A stretch of 47,851 bases of DNA, from IMG/VR virus record IMGVR_UViG_3300027586_000767, positions 1 to 47,851 of that record; one strand, 5' to 3'. Source of the stretch: a virus (Duplodnaviria; Caudoviricetes). The notes below the pieces were generated by a model that was not told where the DNA came from, made no database searches, and worked only from the letters and a program-made list of their open reading frames with translations. A program made the position numbers and the translations under genes. This document shows, one piece after another, positions 17,049-26,129 of the stretch (within the stretch, counting starts at the first letter, position 1; each line of letters starts with the position of its first letter).

Positions 17049-18044
17049 TCACTTGTCTACAAGATTGTCTCTGAATATTTTCCAAGCATTTTCCCAAGAC
17101 CAACGATAACTACCCTCTGAAACCTTACGTCTAGGTAGAAATAAACAATCAGTAACAGCTTGCTTTAAATCAATATTTAAACAACCAGTGATACCCTCAT
17201 CTATTACATCTTCTGGGCCTGGTACAGGATATGCGGCTACAGGAGTACCACAGGCCATTGCTTCAATCATAACAATTCCAAAGGTTTCCCATTTGCTAGG
17301 AAACACAAACACTTCTGCATTAGCATAATATCGTGCTAGATCCTCACCTGTTTTAAATCCAGTAAAGTGTACATCTGGGTATTGCTTACGATATGTTTCT
17401 AGCATTGGTCCATCACCCACCATAACTTTAAGATAACCAGAATAATCCATTTCTAAAAATGCTTCCAAATTCTTTTCTTTGCTAACACGACTAACGCACA
17501 CTATATATTTGCTAGTTGTTTCTACTCTATGACTTGGGTTAAATATTTTACGGTCAACACCGCGAGTCCAAGGAATTACGTCACCATCAAAGCCGTGTGC
17601 CCTTAACTCTGCCACCATTGTTTCAGTAGTAGTCAGCACTTTGCCACTGTGCTTATGAAACCATCGTACTAGAGGCCAAGTAACTGCCTCAGGAATGCCA
17701 AATAGGGCTCTAAGTCCTTCAGGGAACTTAGTATGATAAGCAGTATTGTACCTAAAATTATGTTTTGAAAGATATTTTCTAGCAGACAGACCAAGAGGAC
17801 CCTCTGTGGCGATATGGATATAATCCGCACCGATCGCCTCAATCTTCTTGCCCATCTTCCTTGGATGGGCAATCTTGACTTCGTGGTAGCCAGGACAATC
17901 AAAGTAGCGGAAGTCCCCGGGAGTAATGTAAACAACGCTATAACCATCCAGAACCGCACAAGCCTCGATGTTTTTGTAAGTTGTGACAACGCCATTTATT
18001 TGATCCGGTAAATTATCTGTTATAATCAATATTGTTTTTGACAT
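17049..18044 (-). CDS. GT4 glycosyltransferase (Agt-like glycolipid synthase candidate)
   Basis: QINGVV, IHIATEGPLG, YHTKFPE, RVSKEKNL, FVFPS..ETFG.V..EAMACG. Confidence 0.88.
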   Translation of the reverse strand: MSKTILIITDNLPDQINGVVTTYKNIEACAVLDGYSVVYITPGDFRYFDCPGYHEVKIAHPRKMGKKIEAIGADYIHIATEGPLGLSARKYLSKHNFRYNTAYHTKFPEGLRALFGIPEAVTWPLVRWFHKHSGKVLTTTETMVAELRAHGFDGDVIPWTRGVDRKIFNPSHRVETTSKYIVCVSRVSKEKNLEAFLEMDYSGYLKVMVGDGPMLETYRKQYPDVHFTGFKTGEDLARYYANAEVFVFPSKWETFGIVMIEAMACGTPVAAYPVPGPEDVIDEGITGCLNIDLKQAVTDCLFLPRRKVSEGSYRWSWENAWKIFRDNLVDK

Positions 18045-18077
18045 AAACCCTCCACTTTAAAACTCTTAAACTTTAAT

Positions 18078-18950
18078 TCATACTTCATTGTTGACAATGT
18101 TTGTTCGCAAATCATTTGATTCGGAAACAATAACTCTATTCTTCCTGGTTGATCTTTTGGGTTGTTCATGTGTACTGCTATCAATATCATTAACCACATC
18201 GTCACTCTCCTTAGTCCAAGTTACTATTTCCCAACGACTATCGTGATGCTCTACTAATGCTGTACAGCTTTCTACCCAGTCACCGTCATTCATATATTTA
18301 ACACCATCAATGTCTTTGATTTCTGCATGGTGTATGTGTCCACAGATAACTCCATCAAAGCCACGCTTCTTACAATACTTGGCTAAGTTTTCTTCAAATT
18401 TAAAAATAAAATCTACTGCTTTTTTGACTCGGTGTTTAAGAAACTGGCTAAGGCTAAAGTACCCAAAACCAAAACGATGACGAATCCAATTAATCCTAGT
18501 ATTGAGTCTAAGAATGAAATCATATGCTTTATCTCCTAATATTGTTAGCCAGGGGGCTAGTCTTGTAATCCCATCAAACATATCTCCGTGTACTACTAGA
18601 TAGTGTTTACCATCTGCACCTATATGTTCAATTTGATTGTGTATTTCGATTAAGCCAAAACTAAAACCATATGGTATCATTGGTCTTAGAAATTCATCGT
18701 GATTGCCTGCAATGAATATTACTTTAGTGCCACGCTTGGCATGACCTAATACTCTGCGTACTACGTTGGTGTGCGATTGTTTCCAACGCCATTTGTTTTG
18801 TTGTATTTTCCATGCATCAATTATATCACCGACTAGATATAATGTATCGCATGTATTGTGTTTGAGGAAGTTATTGAGTTTGCCTGCTTGACAATCTTTT
18901 GTACCTAAATGTACATCACTAATGAAAATAGAGCGATAAGTCTTTTGCAT
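18078..18950 (-). CDS. PlcP/LpxH-like metallophosphoesterase (phospholipase C candidate)
   Basis: ISDVHLGT, LVGDIID.W, GNHD, HGD.FD, CGHIH, Y.N.GDWVESCTALVE; ATG 18950. Confidence 0.85.
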   Translation of the reverse strand: MQKTYRSIFISDVHLGTKDCQAGKLNNFLKHNTCDTLYLVGDIIDAWKIQQNKWRWKQSHTNVVRRVLGHAKRGTKVIFIAGNHDEFLRPMIPYGFSFGLIEIHNQIEHIGADGKHYLVVHGDMFDGITRLAPWLTILGDKAYDFILRLNTRINWIRHRFGFGYFSLSQFLKHRVKKAVDFIFKFEENLAKYCKKRGFDGVICGHIHHAEIKDIDGVKYMNDGDWVESCTALVEHHDSRWEIVTWTKESDDVVNDIDSSTHEQPKRSTRKNRVIVSESNDLRTNIVNNEV

Positions 18951-18974
18951 AAGCAAGTATTTATCGCCCGATAT

Positions 18975-18992
18975 GTTACAGTATTGTTACAA
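18975..18992 (-). promoter_or_regulatory. Pho-box-like 11-bp direct repeat
   Basis: TTGTAAC-AATA-CTGTAAC upstream of the plcP-like gene. Confidence 0.5.
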
Positions 18993-18994
18993 TA

Positions 18995-19153
18995 CTATAT
19001 CTTTACTAACGTCCATTTAGAATTAAATGACTTACCTTCGGCTCGGTGTTTAGCAATTTTGCGAAACTCTTTTTTACGTAGTTTTGCAATCTTTTCCGCA
19101 TCGTGGTCGAAGCAAGCCCTGTATAACTCAGTAACTAATTTACTTTGTTTCAT
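18995..19153 (-). CDS. 52-aa basic protein (not in ORF track)
   Basis: MKQSKLVTELYRACFDHDAEKIAKLRKKEF...; TAAATA and AGGAGG RBS. Confidence 0.7.
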   Translation of the reverse strand: MKQSKLVTELYRACFDHDAEKIAKLRKKEFRKIAKHRAEGKSFNSKWTLVKI

Positions 19154-19178
19154 AGCCCACCTCCTTGAATAGTATTTA

Positions 19179-19394
19179 TTACCTGCGGCGGGTAATACGA
19201 CCTTTAGTTAAGTCGTACGGACTAAATTCAACTTCCACAGTATCACCTAATAAAATTTTGATATCATGCTTACGCATGCGGCCGCTAATATAGCCTACAA
19301 TGGTAGGGCCGGTTTCCATTACTACTTTAAACATGGCGTTAGGTAATACATCTATTACCTTACCGTCCATCTTTATACCTTCTTCTTTTGCCAT
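19179..19394 (-). CDS. infA: Translation initiation factor IF-1
   Basis: MAKEE.I..G.V...LPNAMF.V...ISGRMR...[18 protein letters not shown]. Confidence 0.97.
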   Translation of the reverse strand: MAKEEGIKMDGKVIDVLPNAMFKVVMETGPTIVGYISGRMRKHDIKILLGDTVEVEFSPYDLTKGRITRRR

Positions 19395-19412
19395 ACTAGT
19401 TTCACTTCTCCT

Positions 19413-19697
19413 TTAATTATAGTGTGCTAAAGATTTGGCTTTCAATTTAGCCCACATAAATTTCTTCATCTCATTGTCATCTCTAGTGATGTATCCAAAT
19501 GGTCCGGGGTCGGTCTCTCTATCTTTAATTACCTTTACTCCACCGCGAGAACCTTGCACCCATACTTTTTCACTGTATGAAATACACCTTTTAATTTTTG
19601 TAATATATTCTTGTTTAAAGGGGATAGAAATTACACCCTTAGGAAATTCAGGTATATGGTTTTTAGAAACTTGACAATAGTAGACAGTTCTACCCAC
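19413..19697 (-). CDS. Hypothetical protein
   Basis: ORF within operon; VWVQGSRGGVK. Confidence 0.65.
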   Translation of the reverse strand: MGRTVYYCQVSKNHIPEFPKGVISIPFKQEYITKIKRCISYSEKVWVQGSRGGVKVIKDRETDPGPFGYITRDDNEMKKFMWAKLKAKSLAHYN

Positions 19698-20082
19698 GGC
19701 GCATCCTTGAAATTTCTACCGCTTGCTCGTCACTGAATACCGGTACTGCATTACTTTTGTGCATAGTAGCAATACCGATGATTTTGTCACCCGTGTATAC
19801 CTTATGTACCGAGGCAGTTGAGCCGCCGGGGGTAACTTTGCTAGGGATATGTGCGCTAGTAAAACGACCTGCAGGAGCAGATAATTTGTATGTAAGTGTA
19901 GGAGCCTTGAGCGCCTTAGTACGTTTTTTTTCTTCGGCTTCAATGCCTTGCCGTTTCAATAACTCGTTCCATGATTGTTCTAAGTCACGGGCACGTTTGG
20001 CTTCTTCAGCATTACGGAACTTAACTTTGCCTTTGCGCTTGCCGCCAAGACTGAGCCATGGGCCCTCAAGATGCATAGTCAT
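19690..20082 (-). CDS. Conserved T4-like phage protein (YTG..IIGIATMHKSNAVPVF)
   Basis: Recognisable C-terminal motif. Confidence 0.75.
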   Translation of the reverse strand: MTMHLEGPWLSLGGKRKGKVKFRNAEEAKRARDLEQSWNELLKRQGIEAEEKKRTKALKAPTLTYKLSAPAGRFTSAHIPSKVTPGGSTASVHKVYTGDKIIGIATMHKSNAVPVFSDEQAVEISRMRRG

Positions 20083-20114
20083 AATACGTGGGTCATAGTG
20101 TTAAACATGTACAT

Positions 20115-20143
20115 ATTATAATCTAAAACGGAATTACTGTCAA
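20115..20143 (-). promoter_or_regulatory. sigma70 promoter
   Basis: TTGACA-17-TATAAT, preceded by AAAAAGTAGTAC. Confidence 0.85.
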
Positions 20144-20146
20144 GTA

Positions 20147-20578
20147 CTACTTTTTCAGTATAGCCCACATCTTTTCTTTCTCAATGATTTCGGCTTCAAG
20201 TTCCATGTATTGCTTGCGTAGTTCTCGCAAGTTGTCCCATTTCTTCTCTAATGCTTCATTTGGGCGCAGTATAGCTAATCGTTCTTCAATAGCTAATAAT
20301 GACTCTTTAATTGATTTACCTTTAATAGCAATGTCACCCTCAAAAGTAACATCACCTTCAAACTGTGCATCACCTTTAATTTTTAATGATGTACCTGTAA
20401 GATTTGGATCGGTTGCAATGGTGTAAGTACCAGTACTACCGTTATTCATGGTACTACCCCAATTAATTCCGTTAGTATTTGGTGTAGAAACTATCCAAGG
20501 ACTAGTGGTATTAGTAGTGTGTATAGATATAGATGGGACAGTACCAGTCGTGCCTGGGGGATTAATAACGTATGTCAT
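20147..20578 (-). CDS. Hypothetical protein with C-terminal coiled coil
   Basis: IEERLAILRPN..LE.KW..L motif. Confidence 0.7.
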   Translation of the reverse strand: MTYVINPPGTTGTVPSISIHTTNTTSPWIVSTPNTNGINWGSTMNNGSTGTYTIATDPNLTGTSLKIKGDAQFEGDVTFEGDIAIKGKSIKESLLAIEERLAILRPNEALEKKWDNLRELRKQYMELEAEIIEKEKMWAILKK

Positions 20579-20763
20579 TCCGTCGCTCTTTTAAAAATAT
20601 AACGACCCTTATCATCTACTTCAATCTCAATGTTGTCATTTTCATTCCACCCTAATTTTTTTAATAACGGTGGAGGTATAGGTATAATCAAGTCACCGGT
20701 TTCTTGATCCGTATGTGACATAACCTCGTATCTTACTGGAACTTTTTTATCACTTTTGCTCAT
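20575..20763 (-). CDS. AbrB/MazE-like DNA-binding protein
   Basis: GDLIIPIP..LLKKLGW.END.IEI. Confidence 0.7.
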   Translation of the reverse strand: MSKSDKKVPVRYEVMSHTDQETGDLIIPIPPPLLKKLGWNENDNIEIEVDDKGRYIFKRATE

Positions 20764-20768
20764 GTGTT

Positions 20769-20797
20769 ATTGTAGTATTTTATTGTCAAAATGTCAA
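20769..20797 (-). promoter_or_regulatory. sigma70 promoter (leaderless transcript)
   Basis: TTGACA-17-TACAAT; ATG 5 nt downstream. Confidence 0.7.
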
Positions 20798-20804
20798 CAT
20801 CAAT

Positions 20805-21356
20805 TTACCCAAGATAGGGTTCATAAATCTTTGTTAATTGTAATATGGTATGATTGGTACTTGCGTCACTATGTTTAACTGCTATGCCACTCGCTTCTGC
20901 CCAACTATTCAAATAGTAACTGAAATCATCTACTAACACATTGGCTTTACCGTTAATAGTAGCATATTTAAACTTACGTTTAGTGAAGATAGCATCTTGA
21001 CTAGTACCAGGATTATGCTGGTCTAACCAATCTCTTTTAGCGTCAATGCTTGCTTGTTGTTCATTGCGTAACGGGGCACTTAAAACTGTAAATGGTATTT
21101 TGTTATCATGTAACCATTTAATGATAACTTGTCCACCTGGTAATGGATTTAAGTTACGGAACAAGTCATATACTAGTTTAGGTCCTTGTAAACTTAATCG
21201 GGTTATCGCTTCATTTTGGTCCTTGATATCATCCCAGTGTTTTACGTTCTCTAATTCTGCTACTCTTTGGAATAAATCGGCTTGAACCCCATCCATATCT
21301 AAGTATAAATGCGGCATTGGATTATCTATATCTTCCATCAATTCCTTAACTTTCAT
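20805..21356 (-). CDS. HAD-family 5'(3')-deoxyribonucleotidase
   Basis: YLDMDGV.AD, LSAP, K..W, LVDD motifs. Confidence 0.85.
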   Translation of the reverse strand: MKVKELMEDIDNPMPHLYLDMDGVQADLFQRVAELENVKHWDDIKDQNEAITRLSLQGPKLVYDLFRNLNPLPGGQVIIKWLHDNKIPFTVLSAPLRNEQQASIDAKRDWLDQHNPGTSQDAIFTKRKFKYATINGKANVLVDDFSYYLNSWAEASGIAVKHSDASTNHTILQLTKIYEPYLG

Positions 21357-21435
21357 GTTAATATTTATCTCTGCATAGATTGTATCCTATTATTTAATAA
21401 ATACTATCATAATAACAAAAATACGGGAGAAAAAC

Positions 21436-21984
21436 ATGACAGAAGAAAAGAAACCACTATCACGTAGTGAAAGGGAAGCACTTATCAAGGATAAAGCCGG
21501 ATGGGTAATTGTCGTATTTGCGGCACTATTAGCTATTAATACCTATATAGGTGGTAGCAATAGTAGTAAAATATTGAACAATACCATTGAAGCTAACAAT
21601 ACTTGGAGTTTCTATCAAGCTAAAAGTATCAAGGGTACACTGGCAGAAATGTCACGTGATGATGCTCAAGCTAAAAATGATAAAGAAAAAGTTGCACGAC
21701 TGCAAGCTAAAATTGACCGTTACGAATCTGATCCAGCAACAGGTGAAGGTAAGAAAGAGTTAATGGCTAAAGCACGTAAATTGGAAGATGAACGTTCGGT
21801 AGCTAAACTACGTAGTCCGTGGTATACATTTGCAGGTAGCTTATTTCAAATAGCCATCGTGTTATTATCGGCAAGTATCTTATCAGTTAATAATCGTCTA
21901 TACATAGCAAGTCTTTGGGTGGGTGGTGTAGCAATGATACTTATGAGCCAGGCGATATGGCTTTGGATTCCTTCTGTAATATAA
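21436..21984 (+). CDS. DUF4337-like membrane protein
   Basis: ANNTWSFYQAKSIK; LFQIAIVL.SASIL. Confidence 0.75.
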   Translation: MTEEKKPLSRSEREALIKDKAGWVIVVFAALLAINTYIGGSNSSKILNNTIEANNTWSFYQAKSIKGTLAEMSRDDAQAKNDKEKVARLQAKIDRYESDPATGEGKKELMAKARKLEDERSVAKLRSPWYTFAGSLFQIAIVLLSASILSVNNRLYIASLWVGGVAMILMSQAIWLWIPSVI

Positions 21985-21998
21985 TGATATGATAATAC

Positions 21999-22154
21999 AT
22001 GTCATTAATTTTAATATCTAAGGATGCCTTTGTTATAGTCATATTGGTATCAATAGCAGTTTTTGCTGTTGATGCCGGCTTACCTACAATTCAAAGATTC
22101 AAAGATACACTTCCTACGGGACTTACAATAGTTAACCACAGGGACACGAAATAA
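21999..22154 (+). CDS. 51-aa putative membrane peptide (not in ORF track)
   Basis: TAATG coupling to next gene. Confidence 0.4.
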   Translation: MSLILISKDAFVIVILVSIAVFAVDAGLPTIQRFKDTLPTGLTIVNHRDTK

Positions 22155-22936
22155 TGGATCCGTTTACACTCTTTGCATTAGCAAACGGTGCGGTGTCCGC
22201 AGTTAAAGCCGGCTGTAAATTATATAAAGATATTAAGAGTGCCGCCGGAGATGTTAAAGACGTTCTTAAGGATATGGATGCACAGTTTAGTAAACTACAT
22301 CCACCTGAAAAACCGGCTACAGTTGAACAACGCAATAATTTTGTAAAACAACGTAATGAAGTAGTTGTACTAAACAAGAAAGCTAATTCAGGTGAACATA
22401 CCGGTGTATATTCGGAGATTGGTGAACATCTCGGAGCATACTATGACAACTTTTATAAATGTATGGCAGTATTTGCAGAAGAAGAAAAACGTGCCAAGAC
22501 CGAAGTATATACAGGTGATGCTAGTTTAGGCAAGCGAGCATTGCAACGGGTATTAATGCGTAAACAACTACAACAAATGGAAGTAGAGTTACGTGAACTG
22601 ATGATATATCAAAGTCCTCCGGAACTCGGTGCTTTATATACTGATGTAGAAGAAATGATGAAGGTAATGGGCAAAGAACAACAAATTCTTCTTACCAAAC
22701 AACTTCAACAACAAGCAATAATAGATAAACGCCGCGCACTACGAATGAGACAACTCAGAGATGAATTTGCTACAGGCGTTGCTATAATAGTTGTAATATT
22801 TATTATGGGTGGTGTGTTTATGTGGGTAGCATATGACAGACAACAAAAATATCCACAATATGGTAATGGAATTTTTCCTAAATCAGAGGAACAACGCAGG
22901 GAAGACGCAATGCCAAAAACCTACATAGGAAGATAA
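22154..22936 (+). CDS. Coiled-coil membrane protein
   Basis: MDP.TL.ALA N-terminus; C-terminal TM helix. Confidence 0.75.
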   Translation: MDPFTLFALANGAVSAVKAGCKLYKDIKSAAGDVKDVLKDMDAQFSKLHPPEKPATVEQRNNFVKQRNEVVVLNKKANSGEHTGVYSEIGEHLGAYYDNFYKCMAVFAEEEKRAKTEVYTGDASLGKRALQRVLMRKQLQQMEVELRELMIYQSPPELGALYTDVEEMMKVMGKEQQILLTKQLQQQAIIDKRRALRMRQLRDEFATGVAIIVVIFIMGGVFMWVAYDRQQKYPQYGNGIFPKSEEQRREDAMPKTYIGR

Positions 22937-22964
22937 TTGTATAAAGGACAATACCATAAATAAA

Positions 22965-23303
22965 ATGAACCCAACATATAAAGCATTATTAATAGTTTCA
23001 GGGACGATTGCCGGCGTGTTTATAGTTCCTGCAATACTAATAGTATTCCGAGATTTTATCTATGCCTTTATTTTTATAACATCAGTGTTTACTTGTTTTA
23101 TTTTATTTGGATATTATACCTATCAAGAAATTTACCCAGAGATACTACGGAAACATCTAGAGGAAGAATCAATTATACACGGGTTCAACGGTGATCCAGA
23201 GAAGATAAGATTCTATCGGGCATTCAAGAAACACTTTGACGGGGATTTGAATTTAGAACAGTTGGAGAAGTGGTTGATTGACCATCCAAAAAAACATAAG
23301 TAA
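22965..23303 (+). CDS. Membrane protein
   Basis: Two N-terminal TM helices. Confidence 0.65.
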   Translation: MNPTYKALLIVSGTIAGVFIVPAILIVFRDFIYAFIFITSVFTCFILFGYYTYQEIYPEILRKHLEEESIIHGFNGDPEKIRFYRAFKKHFDGDLNLEQLEKWLIDHPKKHK

Positions 23304-23336
23304 GTATAACGATATAAATATGTCATAGGAGATTAT

Positions 23337-23552
23337 ATGTCACAAACAATCGAAAAAATTATGGATAGAATCAAAAATTTAGGAGAGTATGAGGTATCCA
23401 GAGATATTCCTGAAGGTTTTAATTTTAATGGTAAAGTACCGTTTGATATAAAAATCAAGGGTAGCGTTGGCACTTTTAAAGTATTAGCAGTAAATATGAA
23501 AGAAGCTGAACAAGCTATAGCAAGGTATTTAGCAGAAAATACACAAGAGTGA
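23337..23552 (+). CDS. Hypothetical protein, paralog of 23762-23965
   Basis: TATAAATA and AGGAG upstream. Confidence 0.7.
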   Translation: MSQTIEKIMDRIKNLGEYEVSRDIPEGFNFNGKVPFDIKIKGSVGTFKVLAVNMKEAEQAIARYLAENTQE

Positions 23553-23555
23553 CTT

Positions 23556-23575
23556 GCCCCGAAAGGGGCTTTTTT
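23556..23575 (+). terminator. Rho-independent terminator
   Basis: GCCCC-GAAA-GGGGC-TTTTTT. Confidence 0.85.
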
Positions 23576-23589
23576 ATAGGAGAAAATTT

Positions 23590-23736
23590 ATGAGTTGGTT
23601 TAACAGAAAACCTAGATTAAAAGAACCGCCCAAACATGTCCCGCATCATCGTAGAAGCCCAGTTTCTGAAAAGATGCTAGAGAAAGCAAAACTATCCGGA
23701 CCACTAGTTGAGGAAAAAGCAAACAAAAAATCATAG
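23590..23736 (+). CDS. 48-aa basic protein
   Basis: AGGAG RBS before ATG 23590. Confidence 0.55.
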   Translation: MSWFNRKPRLKEPPKHVPHHRRSPVSEKMLEKAKLSGPLVEEKANKKS

Positions 23737-23761
23737 TATAAATACTTTATTGGAGAAGTAC

Positions 23762-23965
23762 ATGACGCAATCAATACAAGATATTATGAATGATATGATG
23801 AAAATGCGGGAGTTCACTGTTGAAGTAGAAGTCCCTGTAGGTCTGTCATTAGACGGATTAGTTCCATATAAAGATACACCCAACAAAGGTTTATTTAAAA
23901 TTTACGCACTTAGTCAAGATGACGCACAGGAAAAAGTATTGGCTCTAGTCAATAGCTTGGTATAA
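23762..23965 (+). CDS. Hypothetical protein, paralog of 23337-23552
   Basis: TATAAATA and GGAG upstream. Confidence 0.7.
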   Translation: MTQSIQDIMNDMMKMREFTVEVEVPVGLSLDGLVPYKDTPNKGLFKIYALSQDDAQEKVLALVNSLV

Positions 23966-24025
23966 TATATACTAATTATAAGCACCTAATATCCTACTAA
24001 ATACGTATGAAGGAGAATAAAATGA

Positions 24026-24349
24026 ATGAAGTTTACCGTAAACAAATTTTTAATTGGCTTAGCAACAACTACTGCCATTCTTGCTCCCTTGGCACCAAAA
24101 AATTTTAATATTAACATCACACTAGAAGCACCATCCACTGGTGCAAAAAAACCAGAATCCAAATATACTGTTGTTCAGACTAGATGTGATCTAGTTAATA
24201 AAACTACCACTGAGCAGGGGATGCAGGTATGTGAATACAAGTGCAGGGGCGGTGATAAAATTACAATATACAAAACTTATAGAAGTAACTCTGCCTTTTG
24301 CAAAGAAATAATAGATGAAAGTATCAAAAAAACAGAGAGAAACAAATAA
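24026..24349 (+). CDS. Secreted or membrane Cys-containing protein
   Basis: Signal-like N-terminus; C..CEYKC..C; TAAATA and AAGGAG. Confidence 0.7.
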   Translation: MKFTVNKFLIGLATTTAILAPLAPKNFNINITLEAPSTGAKKPESKYTVVQTRCDLVNKTTTEQGMQVCEYKCRGGDKITIYKTYRSNSAFCKEIIDESIKKTERNK

Positions 24350-24510
24350 TGGAAAAAATATACAAATTTCTTAAAAAAACAATAATGCATCCTACATGGG
24401 GTTCTATACTGGTAATATTAATTACATTGAGCATGACTGTGGGCCTAGTCAATACAAGCGTAATATTGCTGAAAGTACTTGATAGTATAATACATTATCT
24501 TTTTACATAA
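24349..24510 (+). CDS. 53-aa membrane peptide (not in ORF track)
   Basis: TAATG coupling; hydrophobic core. Confidence 0.5.
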   Translation: MEKIYKFLKKTIMHPTWGSILVILITLSMTVGLVNTSVILLKVLDSIIHYLFT

Positions 24511-24526
24511 ATACTATAAATACTAT

Positions 24527-24823
24527 ATGAAATATTTTTCTTTACTACCATTAATATTTGTCGCTGAGGCACAGGCTCAGTCATTTGTATTGCCCTTTGA
24601 AGCAATATGCGATAATACCAGAGTGATTGTAGAAAAATTACAAAGTGTGAATGAAATTCCTATTAGCATGGGACTAGCAAACGACCAAGCAGGAACAACA
24701 ATGACATTGTGGATGAATCCTTCTAATAAAGCATGGACAATCACTGCTACTAAAAATGAAACTACCTGTGTTATTGGCACCGGTGAGAGATTAAAGTTGA
24801 TTAACTCTGGACCGATAATTTAA
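24527..24823 (+). CDS. Secreted hypothetical protein
   Basis: Signal peptide AQA; N....WT.......C...G; TATAAATA 4 nt upstream. Confidence 0.7.
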   Translation: MKYFSLLPLIFVAEAQAQSFVLPFEAICDNTRVIVEKLQSVNEIPISMGLANDQAGTTMTLWMNPSNKAWTITATKNETTCVIGTGERLKLINSGPII

Positions 24824-25185
24824 GTAATCATATACGCAATAAAGATGTAGGTAATCTGATGTAACATTTGGTCTAGACCAAGATGATTCCAAAAAGCAGG
24901 GGTAGTGATATCCCTGTTTCCATAATTCATTTTAGCCCAATCAACATGGTAATGAACGATTCCATCAACTATTGCCAACACAACTGCAAAGATAAAATAG
25001 GGAAGTCCAGTGACTGCAAGTATACACATCAATGTACCGAATGCATGTTTAGTACTGTGTCCAATACCCACACCATTACCGTATATGGCTTTACCTCTAA
25101 CCTCATCATCAGTTTGTATTACGAAATCAATATACCAGTGTTTTAGTTGTAGGAACAATAGTAGAGTTATTACTGCGATAGTCAT
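24820..25185 (-). CDS. DUF3307-like membrane protein
   Basis: KHWYIDF..QT, H...H, HYHVDWAK, FW..LGLDQ.LH. Confidence 0.8.
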   Translation of the reverse strand: MTIAVITLLLFLQLKHWYIDFVIQTDDEVRGKAIYGNGVGIGHSTKHAFGTLMCILAVTGLPYFIFAVVLAIVDGIVHYHVDWAKMNYGNRDITTPAFWNHLGLDQMLHQITYIFIAYMIT

Positions 25186-25187
25186 GT

Positions 25188-25448
25188 TTATTTCCGTATA
25201 GGTACATAGTCAACATTGGGTTGTGGACTATAATCTTTGGTTAATGAATTTCTAATTTCGTCACCATACTTTAAAGTTATATAGCTAAAAATTTTATCAA
25301 TGTCTTTTTGAAAATTGTCTATGCCAATCTGCAAATAGTTTTCCCAACGAATTTTGTGTTTTACGACTTTTTTAAGATTAATATCTTTTAATATATCATC
25401 AAAATTATTTGATTCACGGTAGAAAGTATAGTATTTCATTTTTTCCAA
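25188..25448 (-). CDS. Hypothetical protein
   Basis: ORF within operon. Confidence 0.65.
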   Translation of the reverse strand: MEKMKYYTFYRESNNFDDILKDINLKKVVKHKIRWENYLQIGIDNFQKDIDKIFSYITLKYGDEIRNSLTKDYSPQPNVDYVPIRK

Positions 25449-25636
25449 AGTATAAAGTTGATGTAGTCTGTTTCTGATTCAAAGTAAAATGTGTACTTAC
25501 CGGGGTGAAATCCAGCCATACCTTTTATATCATATCCCCAATCTGCAACACATTGAGTTTGACACCAGTGCATAACAGGTGCAAGCTGTCCAAACTTAAT
25601 GTCAATTTCAGTTTTGTATTGTGTGTTGGGTGACAT
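25436..25636 (-). CDS. Hypothetical protein
   Basis: WC...W....Y.FYFE...D...F.L pattern. Confidence 0.65.
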   Translation of the reverse strand: MSPNTQYKTEIDIKFGQLAPVMHWCQTQCVADWGYDIKGMAGFHPGKYTFYFESETDYINFILWKK

Positions 25637-26129
25637 TGACTCCGCTCATGTTTAAGAAATTTATACCATCATTGCTACGATAAGCGTGACGGAATAAAAC
25701 ATTGTTAATACCACTTTGGTATATAAGTTTGGCACAGTCCAAACATGGAGCATGGGTAATAAACAAAGTAGCACCCACACCAGACTCGTTAGACTTAGCA
25801 AGTTTCGCAATCGCATTTGTTTCCGCATGTAATACCTCTGGTTTAGTTTTTAATCCACATGATACAAGACCTTGTGCTTCCTCATTGTACATTTGATATG
25901 GATATTTTTGTTTAAATTCTTCTGGATCAAGCCAAGCACTAGCACCTTCGTTATCCCATACAATATCTTCACATGTATTGTTCCATCCACTAGGCATGCC
26001 GTTATATCCTACGCTAACGATTCTATCATCTTTAACAATTATAGCACCAACTTTTAATCGTATAGCATAACTTAGCTGACTTGTTCGTTCAGCAACATCC
26101 ATAAAATAATCAATAAACTTCTGTTTCAT
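25608..26129 (-). CDS. dCMP deaminase
   Basis: VGA.IVK, GYNG, HAE.NA, PCLDC. Confidence 0.93.
   Translation of the reverse strand: MKQKFIDYFMDVAERTSQLSYAIRLKVGAIIVKDDRIVSVGYNGMPSGWNNTCEDIVWDNEGASAWLDPEEFKQKYPYQMYNEEAQGLVSCGLKTKPEVLHAETNAIAKLAKSNESGVGATLFITHAPCLDCAKLIYQSGINNVLFRHAYRSNDGINFLNMSGVNVTQHTIQN

Noticed and set aside
18078-18950. Lipid A biosynthesis enzyme LpxH
   Set aside because: Has GNHD rather than the GNRD typical of enterobacterial LpxH, plus the GDWVES motif and GT4 neighbour typical of the PlcP group; not fully excluded
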